Part shown: piece by piece, positions 27,481-35,726 of the stretch
How positions within the stretch are numbered: position 1 is the stretch's first letter
How the letters are laid out: each line of letters begins with the position of its first letter
Source of the DNA: Gemmatimonadaceae bacterium
GTDB taxonomy: Bacteria; Gemmatimonadota; Gemmatimonadetes; Gemmatimonadales; Gemmatimonadaceae
Direction of reading: 5' to 3'
NCBI GenBank assembly: GCA_045803545.1
Contig: JBJMOW010000002.1
Location: forward strand, 192,001-256,000
DNA length: 64,000 bases
Notes under the pieces: model-generated
Databases searched by the model: none
What the model saw: only the letters and a program-made list of their open reading frames with translations
What the model was told of the DNA's origin: nothing
Translations under genes and position numbers: made by a program

Positions 27481-28929
27481 TTACACAGTGAGTTTTTTCA
27501 ACGCTTTGTCAATGCGCTTTATCGACAAGCTGCGGCCCATCTGCAGAAGCATCTCGAAAATTCCCGGACTGACCGTAAGACCAGTTAAGGCCACCCTGAG
27601 CGGCTGAAAGATCTTTCCGGCGGCGATTCCGCGCTTCTCGGCGAGGGCGCGCAGCGAAGATTCCAGGTTTGCGGTTTCCCAAACCCCGACGTTGTCCAGT
27701 GCGTCGCGAGTGTCACTGAGCAACGACGCTGCCTCGGCCGAGTCTTTCCAGTTCTTGGCGACCGCCACCGGATCGTACTCGATGTCTTCGAGGAAATACG
27801 GACGAGCCTGATTGACGATGTCGTCGATGGTCCGCGATCGAACTCTTAAAAGATCGATCAGCTTCAGATACCAATCCCGCCGCTCGACGAGCTCCTCTTC
27901 AGTCGCAAGACGAGCCTCGATGATTTTCGGTGTAACCCGAGGCTCGAGCTCTTCGAGCGGAACCATCGATAGATGCTGCCCATTCATCCATTCGAGCTTT
28001 TTCGGATCGAAGATCGCGGCCTTCTTCTGAAGTCCATCGACGCTGAACAACTCGATCATCTCCGGGATGGACATGACTTCACGGTCGCCTCCTGGCGACC
28101 AGCCAAGTAGCGCCAGGAAGTTCAACATCGCACCGGGCAGCAGACCGTAATGCTGATAGTCGCCAACCGCGGTCGCGCCGTGACGCTTGCTCAGTTTCTT
28201 GCCGTCGAGCCCGTGAATCATCGGCAAGTGCGCGAAGATCGGCAAAGGCGCGCCGAGCGCGCGATAGAGTTGGATCTGCTTTGGCGTATTGGAGATGTGA
28301 TCGTCGCCACGCATCACGATCGTAACGCGCATTGCGATGTCATCGGAAACAACGGCGAGATTGTAGATGGGCGTACCATCCGACCGGAGGATCACGAAGT
28401 CGTCGATGTCCTTGTTGGGGAAGGCAATGCGGTCGTGCACGAGATCGTCCCACTCGGTTACGCCATCGGGCATTCGAAAGCGGATTACGTAAGGCATCCC
28501 GGCGGCGACGCGCCGCTCAACTTCATCGCGCGACAAGACGTCGCAGCGGCGATCGTAGCGGAACGCCTCTTTGCGAGTCTCGGCCTCACGACGCCGCTCG
28601 TCGAGCTCGGCGGGTGTACAGAAGCAACGGTACGCGGCGCCGATCTCGAGCAGGCGTTCCGCATCGGCCTGATGACGGACGAGATTCGCTCCCTGATAGA
28701 CGACCTGCTCATCCCAATTCAGACCAAGCCACTCGAGTCCATCGAAGATGGCTCGCGTGCTCTCGTCGGTGCTTCGCGCTTTATCGGTATCCTCGATGCG
28801 CAGCAGAAACTCGCCGCCGTATTTTCTGGCGTAGAGCCAGTTAAAGAGCGCCGTGCGCGCGCCGCCGACATGTAGATATCCTGTCGGCGAGGGAGCGAAT
28901 CGTAATCTCGGCTTGCTGGAGTCGGTCAT
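27481..28929 (-). CDS. gltX: Glutamate--tRNA ligase
   Basis: RFAPSPTGYLHVGG, RIEDTD and KKLSKR motifs. Confidence 0.97.
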   Translation of the reverse strand: MTDSSKPRLRFAPSPTGYLHVGGARTALFNWLYARKYGGEFLLRIEDTDKARSTDESTRAIFDGLEWLGLNWDEQVVYQGANLVRHQADAERLLEIGAAYRCFCTPAELDERRREAETRKEAFRYDRRCDVLSRDEVERRVAAGMPYVIRFRMPDGVTEWDDLVHDRIAFPNKDIDDFVILRSDGTPIYNLAVVSDDIAMRVTIVMRGDDHISNTPKQIQLYRALGAPLPIFAHLPMIHGLDGKKLSKRHGATAVGDYQHYGLLPGAMLNFLALLGWSPGGDREVMSIPEMIELFSVDGLQKKAAIFDPKKLEWMNGQHLSMVPLEELEPRVTPKIIEARLATEEELVERRDWYLKLIDLLRVRSRTIDDIVNQARPYFLEDIEYDPVAVAKNWKDSAEAASLLSDTRDALDNVGVWETANLESSLRALAEKRGIAAGKIFQPLRVALTGLTVSPGIFEMLLQMGRSLSIKRIDKALKKLTV

Positions 28930-28977
28930 TGATGTACGCTAATGCAAAGCGGGTCCACGAGGTGCGGACCCGCCGAG

Positions 28978-29066
28978 CGGAGAGAGAGGGATTCGAACCC
29001 TCGATACGCGTTTCCACGTATGCCGGTTTAGCAAACCGGTGCCTTCAGCCTCTCGGCCATCTCTCC
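28978..29066 (-). tRNA. tRNA-Ser(GCT), CCA not encoded
   Basis: Acceptor stem GGAGAGA/TCTCTCC, anticodon arm CCGGT-TTGCTAA-ACCGG, long variable arm, TTCGAAT and discriminator G. Confidence 0.95.
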
Positions 29067-29086
29067 CGGGAGGCTGAAAGGTAGAA

Positions 29087-29272
29087 GGGGAAGCGGGAAG
29101 CGGGAAGCGGTGACTGAGGCCCGAGGACTAAGGGCATCTATGATTGCTGACTAAGTGAGGATCGCAGACCGTCGCGGATCCGCGGTTGTACTCAGTCCTC
29201 ACTTAATCCTCGGTGATCGATGCACTTGGTCCTCGGGCCTCAGTTGGCCTTGCCGCCTCCCGCTTCCCGCCC
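29087..29272. repeat. Nested palindromic element, copy 2, flanked by inverted (GCGGGAA)n heptamers
   Basis: A 16-bp perfect inverted repeat ACTGAGGCCCGAGGAC at 29113-29128/29229-29244, with an inner TAAGTGAGGA/TCCTCACTTA pair. Confidence 0.8.
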
Positions 29273-29707
29273 TCACCGCGATTTCATCTCCCACAACACG
29301 TTCACAATCACCCAGCGGCCGCGCCATTTTGCCAGCTGCAGATAGTCGACCCAATACGAAGCGTCGATTCGTGCGACGGCTGCGTTCTGGTAGATGTCGA
29401 GAATGCGCACGTCTTCGCGTCTATCCGCAGTGGGAGTGTCTTTGCCGCCGCCGCTGCGGGTGTTGGTGACGAGAGTCATCGCGCTCTGCTGGTCGAGTCG
29501 ATAGCGACCGAGAGAATCGCTGCGAACGATTCGTTTGGCTAGCTCGGGGTGGAGTGCGCGCTCCATGCGCGCTCCATCGCCGGTGTACCAGCCGTCAATG
29601 TAGTCCAGCGCAGTGGCGCGAATCGCGGCGGAGTCTACGGCGCTTTGCGCGCCCGCATTGGCGAATCCAGGAAGGAGAAACAGAGCAAGAAAGAGGAGAG
29701 TCTTCAT
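29273..29707 (-). CDS. Secreted NTF2-like (putative lumazine-binding family) protein
   Basis: Signal peptide; YIDGWY.GD..RM..ALHP...DYLQLAK..G.W.IVNVLW. Confidence 0.8.
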   Translation of the reverse strand: MKTLLFLALFLLPGFANAGAQSAVDSAAIRATALDYIDGWYTGDGARMERALHPELAKRIVRSDSLGRYRLDQQSAMTLVTNTRSGGGKDTPTADRREDVRILDIYQNAAVARIDASYWVDYLQLAKWRGRWVIVNVLWEMKSR

Positions 29708-29800
29708 CAGTCAGAGGTTAGAGATCTGGCATGCTCGTGCTCCTCTCGTGCGCCTTCAATGAGAATGTGACAGACTGGCCGCCGGCGGGGACGAAAAGTA

Positions 29801-30970
29801 GTGCGCGCTTATGGAGCGGAGCGCTACTTTGAGACCGTGACGCTCAATGGTCCAACGATAAGGCTCTCGCCGCTGAGAAAAGCGACGGTGGAGCAGGTGC
29901 TGCTGATCTTCGCGGCCTGGACCTTTCTCGCGGTCTTCTCCGTCGCGCAGAACGTCGTCTACTTCACTCAATCGAATAGACCGATCCCATGGCGTGACAT
30001 GCTGACTGGTCGGTTCGCTGACTGGTACACCTGCGCGCTTTTTACGCCGCTCTTTTTCTGGCTTGCGCGCCGGTACCCGATCGATCGGCGGACGTGGCGG
30101 ACAGCACTTCCGCTGACGCTGGCGGTGACCAGTGTATGCGTCGTCGCGAAATATGCGCTTTTTGCGCCGCTCGTCAGAGCGCTTGGTCTTGGTGATGACG
30201 CAACGTTCGGCAGCCTGGTATCTCGCAGCTTCGCCAGCGAATCGATGGCGTTCTGGGCGGTCATCGGAATAATTCACGCCTTCGAATTCAATCGCCGCTA
30301 TCAGGAACGCGAGCTCACAGCCGCTTACCTTCGCACTCAATTGTCAGAGGTACAGCTGGAAGCGCTTCGCTCGCAGATTCATCCACACTTTCTGTTCAAC
30401 ACTCTGCACAGTATCTCGACGCTGATGCATCGAGATGTCGAAGCAGCGGATACGATGCTAACGCGGCTCAGCGATCTCCTTCGGCTTACGCTCAAGCACC
30501 GCGGGGAAAACGAGATCGCGCTACGCGAAGAGCTTTCCCTGGCCGACAACTATTGCGCGATCATGAGCATCCGTTTTGGAGATCGACTGACAATCGCCAG
30601 AAGGATCGAGGCGGATGTCCTGGATTCGCTCGTACCGCAGTTTGTGCTACAACCGCTGCTCGAGAACGCGCTGCAGCATGGCGTCGCAACGACATCAGGG
30701 CCAGCGAGGATCGATATCTCGGCGGGGGCTGTCGATGGGAAACTGAGGCTGGCAGTGACCGACAATGGCCGCGGCGCACCGAGCGCGGTTCGGAGTGAGC
30801 GACACGGAATGGGACTGTCCAACACCAGGCTCAGGTTGGAGCAGCTTTACGGGCGGAATCATTCATTGGTGCTGGAGAAACTGCCTGAGCGCGGCACGCG
30901 CATTACCGTCGAGCTACCGCTGCGACCCGCAGCGACGGCGGCGCCTGTTGCCACGCCGAGCGTTGCATGA
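29801..30970 (+). CDS. LytS-family sensor histidine kinase
   Basis: TM N-terminus, LRSQIHPHFLFNTL, LQPLLENALQHG, DNGRG and GMGL.N motifs. Start could be the GTG at 29837. Confidence 0.92.
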   Translation: MRAYGAERYFETVTLNGPTIRLSPLRKATVEQVLLIFAAWTFLAVFSVAQNVVYFTQSNRPIPWRDMLTGRFADWYTCALFTPLFFWLARRYPIDRRTWRTALPLTLAVTSVCVVAKYALFAPLVRALGLGDDATFGSLVSRSFASESMAFWAVIGIIHAFEFNRRYQERELTAAYLRTQLSEVQLEALRSQIHPHFLFNTLHSISTLMHRDVEAADTMLTRLSDLLRLTLKHRGENEIALREELSLADNYCAIMSIRFGDRLTIARRIEADVLDSLVPQFVLQPLLENALQHGVATTSGPARIDISAGAVDGKLRLAVTDNGRGAPSAVRSERHGMGLSNTRLRLEQLYGRNHSLVLEKLPERGTRITVELPLRPAATAAPVATPSVA

Positions 30971-31728
30971 GGGTGGTTAGAGTTGCGATCGCGGACGACG
31001 AGCCACTCGCTCGGGAGCGAATCGCGTCGATGCTCGAGTCACGCGACGATTACGAGATCGTTGCTCATTGCAAGGACGGAGCGGAAACCGTCGCTGCCAT
31101 TCGCAGGGAGCGACTCGACTTGGTGTTCCTCGACGTGCGGATGCCGGAACTCGACGGGTTTCAGGTTCTGGAAGCCGTTGGTGGCGGGTCGGGTCCGGCA
31201 ATTATCTTCGTCACGGCGTTCGAGGACTACGCACTTCGCGCCTTTGAGGTGAGCGCACTGGACTATCTGCTCAAGCCGTTCGATCGCGCCAGGTTCGAGA
31301 AGACCCTGGCCCGATTCGAGGAACAGTTTCAGCGCGGCCGACCCGGGATGAGCGACGAGCTTCGTCAATTTCTGACCTCGTTGGGTGCAGGCACCAACGA
31401 CTACGTCTCACGCTTTCCGGTCAAATCAGCCGGAGACATCTACTTCATCCGCGCGGACGAGATTGACTGGATCGACGCGGCGGGGAATTATACCGCCCTT
31501 CACGTTGCCGGAAAGAAGCACTTGATCCGCGAAACGATGAAATCGATTGAATCCAAACTCGATCCCCACAAGTTCGTGCGCGTACACCGGTCGGCGATCA
31601 TAAATCTCGATCGGCTGCGGAAGCTGCAGCCGTATTTCCACGGCGAGTACGTAGTAACCCTGCAAGACGGCACAACGCTGACCTCGAGTCGAGGCTATAG
31701 CGACCGGTTGAGGGCGCTGCTGCAGTAG
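30967..31728 (+). CDS. LytTR-family response regulator
   Basis: DDE, FLDVRMP and DYLLKP receiver motifs; LytTR motif FVRVHRS. Confidence 0.95.
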   Translation: MRVVRVAIADDEPLARERIASMLESRDDYEIVAHCKDGAETVAAIRRERLDLVFLDVRMPELDGFQVLEAVGGGSGPAIIFVTAFEDYALRAFEVSALDYLLKPFDRARFEKTLARFEEQFQRGRPGMSDELRQFLTSLGAGTNDYVSRFPVKSAGDIYFIRADEIDWIDAAGNYTALHVAGKKHLIRETMKSIESKLDPHKFVRVHRSAIINLDRLRKLQPYFHGEYVVTLQDGTTLTSSRGYSDRLRALLQ

Positions 31729-31774
31729 CGTTACGTTTGCAGGGACGACTTTTTCTCCTGCAAACGAGGCTTTG

Positions 31775-34700
31775 ATGCGGTTACCAGCTTCCGTCCTTGT
31801 TCTTTCCTTTCTCGCGTTCAACGGCCTTGCGGCGCAGACCCAGACCGCCAATTCAAGCCCCGCATCTGCGGCAAGTGGTGGCAGCAATCCGTTGATTTCC
31901 TCGACTCGGCCAGGTCGCGATCCAAACCAGCCGATCGACGAGGAGTACACACGGAAGATCAAGGAATACACGACAGAGCCATTCTTCCTTTCGCCGCTGG
32001 TCGATTACCTGCCCGCGTCGAAGACGGTGCCGACGCCCAAGGCGGTGCTCGGCGACATCGCGGGGGCACGAAACAATCTCCCGTACTCGAAGGACGTGTA
32101 CACCTACATGCGAATGCTGGCGAAGGCGACGCCGCGCGTGAAGGTCTATTCGATTGGCACCACCGAAGAGGGCAGGGAGATGATCGCAGTTGCCGTCGCA
32201 TCGGATTCGCTGATGGCCAACCTTGATCGCAACAAGGCCAACCTCGCGAAACTCGCCGATCCCCGCTCGATCAACATGAATGATGCTGAGGCAGCTCGCC
32301 TCGTCGGGGAAACTACGCCGATCTACTACATCACCGGCACCATTCACTCTCCGGAATCAGGCGCGCCGACTGCGCTGATGGAGCTCGCCTATCGGCTGGC
32401 GGTCGATGAATCTCCATACGTCAAATACATCCGCGACCATCTCATCACTCTGATCACGCCAGTGGTGGAAGTCGATGGCCGCGACCGCGAGGTGGATCTG
32501 TTCCGCTGGCACATGGCGCATCCGGGAGAGACCGCTCCGCCGCTGCTTTACTGGGGACATTACGTCGCGCACGACAATAACCGCGACGCGATGGGAATGA
32601 CTCTCAAGCTGTCGCAGAACGTCCTTAACACGTATCTGGACTGGAAGGCGCAGGTGCTACATGACCTGCATGAGTCAGGGTCGTATCTCTACGACAACAC
32701 CGTTGGAGACGGCCCTTACAACGCGTGGCTGGATCCGCTCCTGACGAACGAGTGGCAGCTACTAGGGTGGAACAACGTGCAGGAAATGACGCGGTTCGGC
32801 ATGCCCGGCGTCTACACTCACGGCAACTTCGACACCTGGTCGCCGGGCTATCTCATGTTCATGGCCGCGACCCACAACGGTATCAGCCGTCTCTACGAAA
32901 CTTTTGGAAACGGGGGAACAGCCGAGACAATGGATCGCACTTTGTCGCCCAACGAGACATCGCGGACCTGGTATCGACAGAATCCACCACTACCGAGAGT
33001 GCAGTGGTCGCTGCGCAACAACAACAATTACGAGGAGACCGGACTACTTGTATCGCTCAACTACTTTGCGCAGAACCGTCAGCAATTTCTCGAGAATTTT
33101 TACGAGAAGAGCAAGCGGTCTATCACGAAGCCGCGCGTCGAAGGTCCAGCTGCTTACGTTTTTCCGGCCGACGAGCGCCGCCCCGGTGCGCAGGCGGAAC
33201 TGCTGCGCGTGCTACAGAAGCAACACGTAGAGATTTCCAGGGCGACGGCTCCGTTCAGCGTCCTGGTGCCCGTGACGCGGCCGCGTCCATCCTCGGGAAC
33301 GAGCTCGGCGAACGCGCGAGCCGCTGACAGCTCGCGGCGCAACGATAGCACACGCGCCGAGGCGGCGCGTCCGACGCCGCCACCCTTTGATACGTTGCCG
33401 CTGTCGTATCAGCGCACGGAACAAAGACAATTCCCCGCGGGCAGCTACATCGTGCGAATGGATCAGCCTTATTCGCGCATTGCCGACGCATTGCTCGACT
33501 ATCAGTACTGGAGCCCGAACGATCCGCAGCGCACGCCGTACGATGATACCGGGTGGACATTCCCCGAAAATTTTGCTGTCAAAGCAGTGCGGGTGGTCGA
33601 TCCAAAGGTGCTCGATGTTCCGATGGAGAACGTGACGGGGGAGATCACCGCACCCGGAGGTGTGACCGGGACCGGGTCGGTGTTCGCGATCAACCATAAT
33701 GCGGACAATGCCCTCGCCACATTGCGTTATCAACTGAAGACCGCCGACTTCTCGGTTGCGGAGGAGCCGTTCGACGCGGCGGGTCAGAAATTCTCGCGGG
33801 GCTCGTTCATCGTCAGCAAAGTGAGTGCAGGGGATCTGGACAAGGCAGCGCGAGCGCTGGGTGTCAAGGTGACCGCGCTATCAGCGGCCCCGTCGGTGCC
33901 GACTCATCCAGGGCGTGCGCCGCGCGTTGCATTGATGCACACCTGGATCAGCACGCAGACCGAGGGATGGTGGCGACAGGCGTTCGACGTTCTGAAGATT
34001 CCCTACAGCTACATCAGCACCCAGGATGCGGCGCGGGATCCGAATCTCAACGCCAAATACGACGTCATCATCTTTGGACCCGGCAGCGGCAGCCCGCAGA
34101 CGATCGTGAATGGTCTGCCGATGTGGCGAAACCCGATGCCATGGAAGAAGACGGAGCTTACCCCTAACATGGGGGTCATCGACCAAACCGATGATATCCG
34201 TCCGGGTCTGGGTTGGGCCGGAGTCAACAACCTGGCGGCATTCGTGCGCAACGGCGGCGTTCTACTCACCGTCGACAACACCGCCGATTTCGCAATCACA
34301 TTCGGCCTCGCGAGCGGAGTTTCGCTCAATACCGCATCGCGGTTGCACGTTGTCGGCAGCCTGCTGCGCACCCGAGTCGTCGACGATGCGAGTCCGCTGG
34401 TGTATGGGATACGTGACAGTCTGGCGGTTTATAGCGATGAGGGCTCCAGCTTCAGTGTTTCGAATATTCTTGGCGGACGCGGCGGTCGGTTTGCTGATTC
34501 CTCGAACGCTCGCCCGACTGGGCGCGGCACGGCCGAGGAGTTGGACGTCCCCCAGGGGCGCGTGGTGCTGGATCCGCGATTCGACGTTCCCCAGCGGCGA
34601 CCGGTTGAACCGTGGGAGGCGACTCCGGTGACCGACGAGCAAATGAGGAATCCTCTCGCAGTGATCCCGCCGGCGTTGCGTCCACGGGTGGTGCTGCGCT

Positions 34701-34921
34701 TTGCCGATCAGCGTGAGCTGCTCGCGTCGGGCTTGCTTGACGGCAGCGACGTGGCGCGGCGGCCGGTGGTCGTCGATGTGCCGCTCGGAAAAGGGCACGT
34801 CGTACTCTATGCGAACAATCCGGTTTATCGCGGGTCGACGATTGGCAGCTACTTCCTCGTATTCAACGCGCTGCTGAATTACGACCACCTGGATGTGGGC
34901 AGGAAGCTCGATCAGCGATAG
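31775..34921 (+). CDS. M14 family zinc carboxypeptidase (secreted, large)
   Basis: Signal peptide; HSPE, DNNRD and DLHE motifs; YDDTGWT; GATase-like C-terminal region. Confidence 0.85.
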   Translation: MRLPASVLVLSFLAFNGLAAQTQTANSSPASAASGGSNPLISSTRPGRDPNQPIDEEYTRKIKEYTTEPFFLSPLVDYLPASKTVPTPKAVLGDIAGARNNLPYSKDVYTYMRMLAKATPRVKVYSIGTTEEGREMIAVAVASDSLMANLDRNKANLAKLADPRSINMNDAEAARLVGETTPIYYITGTIHSPESGAPTALMELAYRLAVDESPYVKYIRDHLITLITPVVEVDGRDREVDLFRWHMAHPGETAPPLLYWGHYVAHDNNRDAMGMTLKLSQNVLNTYLDWKAQVLHDLHESGSYLYDNTVGDGPYNAWLDPLLTNEWQLLGWNNVQEMTRFGMPGVYTHGNFDTWSPGYLMFMAATHNGISRLYETFGNGGTAETMDRTLSPNETSRTWYRQNPPLPRVQWSLRNNNNYEETGLLVSLNYFAQNRQQFLENFYEKSKRSITKPRVEGPAAYVFPADERRPGAQAELLRVLQKQHVEISRATAPFSVLVPVTRPRPSSGTSSANARAADSSRRNDSTRAEAARPTPPPFDTLPLSYQRTEQRQFPAGSYIVRMDQPYSRIADALLDYQYWSPNDPQRTPYDDTGWTFPENFAVKAVRVVDPKVLDVPMENVTGEITAPGGVTGTGSVFAINHNADNALATLRYQLKTADFSVAEEPFDAAGQKFSRGSFIVSKVSAGDLDKAARALGVKVTALSAAPSVPTHPGRAPRVALMHTWISTQTEGWWRQAFDVLKIPYSYISTQDAARDPNLNAKYDVIIFGPGSGSPQTIVNGLPMWRNPMPWKKTELTPNMGVIDQTDDIRPGLGWAGVNNLAAFVRNGGVLLTVDNTADFAITFGLASGVSLNTASRLHVVGSLLRTRVVDDASPLVYGIRDSLAVYSDEGSSFSVSNILGGRGGRFADSSNARPTGRGTAEELDVPQGRVVLDPRFDVPQRRPVEPWEATPVTDEQMRNPLAVIPPALRPRVVLRFADQRELLASGLLDGSDVARRPVVVDVPLGKGHVVLYANNPVYRGSTIGSYFLVFNALLNYDHLDVGRKLDQR

Positions 34922-35029
34922 CTCTCCTTGACCGTCAGGGCAATCGTGCGTGAGAAGCGCACGGTTGTTCCGAGACGTACGTTTCCGCACCTGACAAACA
35001 CGTTTCAAGGGGTCGATCGGCGCTGGTTT

Positions 35030-35045
35030 TGGCACCTACCCTGCA
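35030..35045 (+). promoter_or_regulatory. sigma54-type -24/-12 promoter
   Basis: TGGCAC-CTACC-CTGCA (GG-N10-GC), about 56 nt before the CDS at 35102. Confidence 0.55.
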
Positions 35046-35101
35046 CTGCAGAACTCCGCAGCTTGAGGCATGGCGCAGAATCGGCAACGGAGGACGCGCG
35101 A

Positions 35102-35446
35102 GTGAGTTATCGGACCTTTACTGATTCTGCAGGCAAGCGGTGGGAAGTCTGGCTGGTGACGCCAGCCGCCGCGGAGCGGCGAAGGGTCGATCGCCGCGTC
35201 AGTAAGGCAGCCGGTGATACGCCGGGGGGACTCGCTGACCGCCGTCATACCCCCGATCGTCGCAAGAGCCCATTTCGGCGACAGGTTGTCGTTTCGAGCG
35301 AGTTCAGCAACGGGTGGCTGTGTTTCGAAGGCGAGGGCGAAAAGCGACGCCTGGCACCAGTCCCGGATGGTTGGCAGGATGCCGGACCTGATCGGCTCGC
35401 GGCGTGGCTACAAGCGGCTAAGCGCGTTGTGAAATGCGGGCCCTAA
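35102..35446 (+). CDS. Conserved-looking hypothetical protein with ERR/DRR repeats
   Basis: GTG start after GGAGG; R.F.D..G..WEVW...GWLCFE...EKRRLAPVP.GW. Confidence 0.75.
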   Translation: MSYRTFTDSAGKRWEVWLVTPAAAERRRVDRRVSKAAGDTPGGLADRRHTPDRRKSPFRRQVVVSSEFSNGWLCFEGEGEKRRLAPVPDGWQDAGPDRLAAWLQAAKRVVKCGP

Positions 35447-35508
35447 TGTAGATTGCCGGGTCCGGCGATTGTGAACCGCTCGCGCCGGCCCTCTGACCAA
35501 TCGCGCTG

Positions 35509-35691
35509 GTGGCCCAGACTCTCCGCGAAAGAGATGCGATGACTTGTCGCTCCTGCAATAACGAGGAGCGTGCATCTGAGGGGTATCCCTGTACGAACTG
35601 CGGAACCTTCATTTGCATCATCTGCACTTTTCGCGGGCTCACACTCTGCCGCAGATGCCTGGAGCAGAACGCTCAGAAGCAAAGCGCGTGA
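35509..35691 (+). CDS. Small Cys-rich putative zinc-finger protein
   Basis: Four CxxC pairs (CRSC, CTNC, CIIC, CRRC). Start is GTG 35509 or ATG 35539. Confidence 0.7.
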   Translation: MAQTLRERDAMTCRSCNNEERASEGYPCTNCGTFICIICTFRGLTLCRRCLEQNAQKQSA

Positions 35692-35726
35692 GCCACGCGC
35701 GTCCGAATGGCCTTCAATCAAATCCA

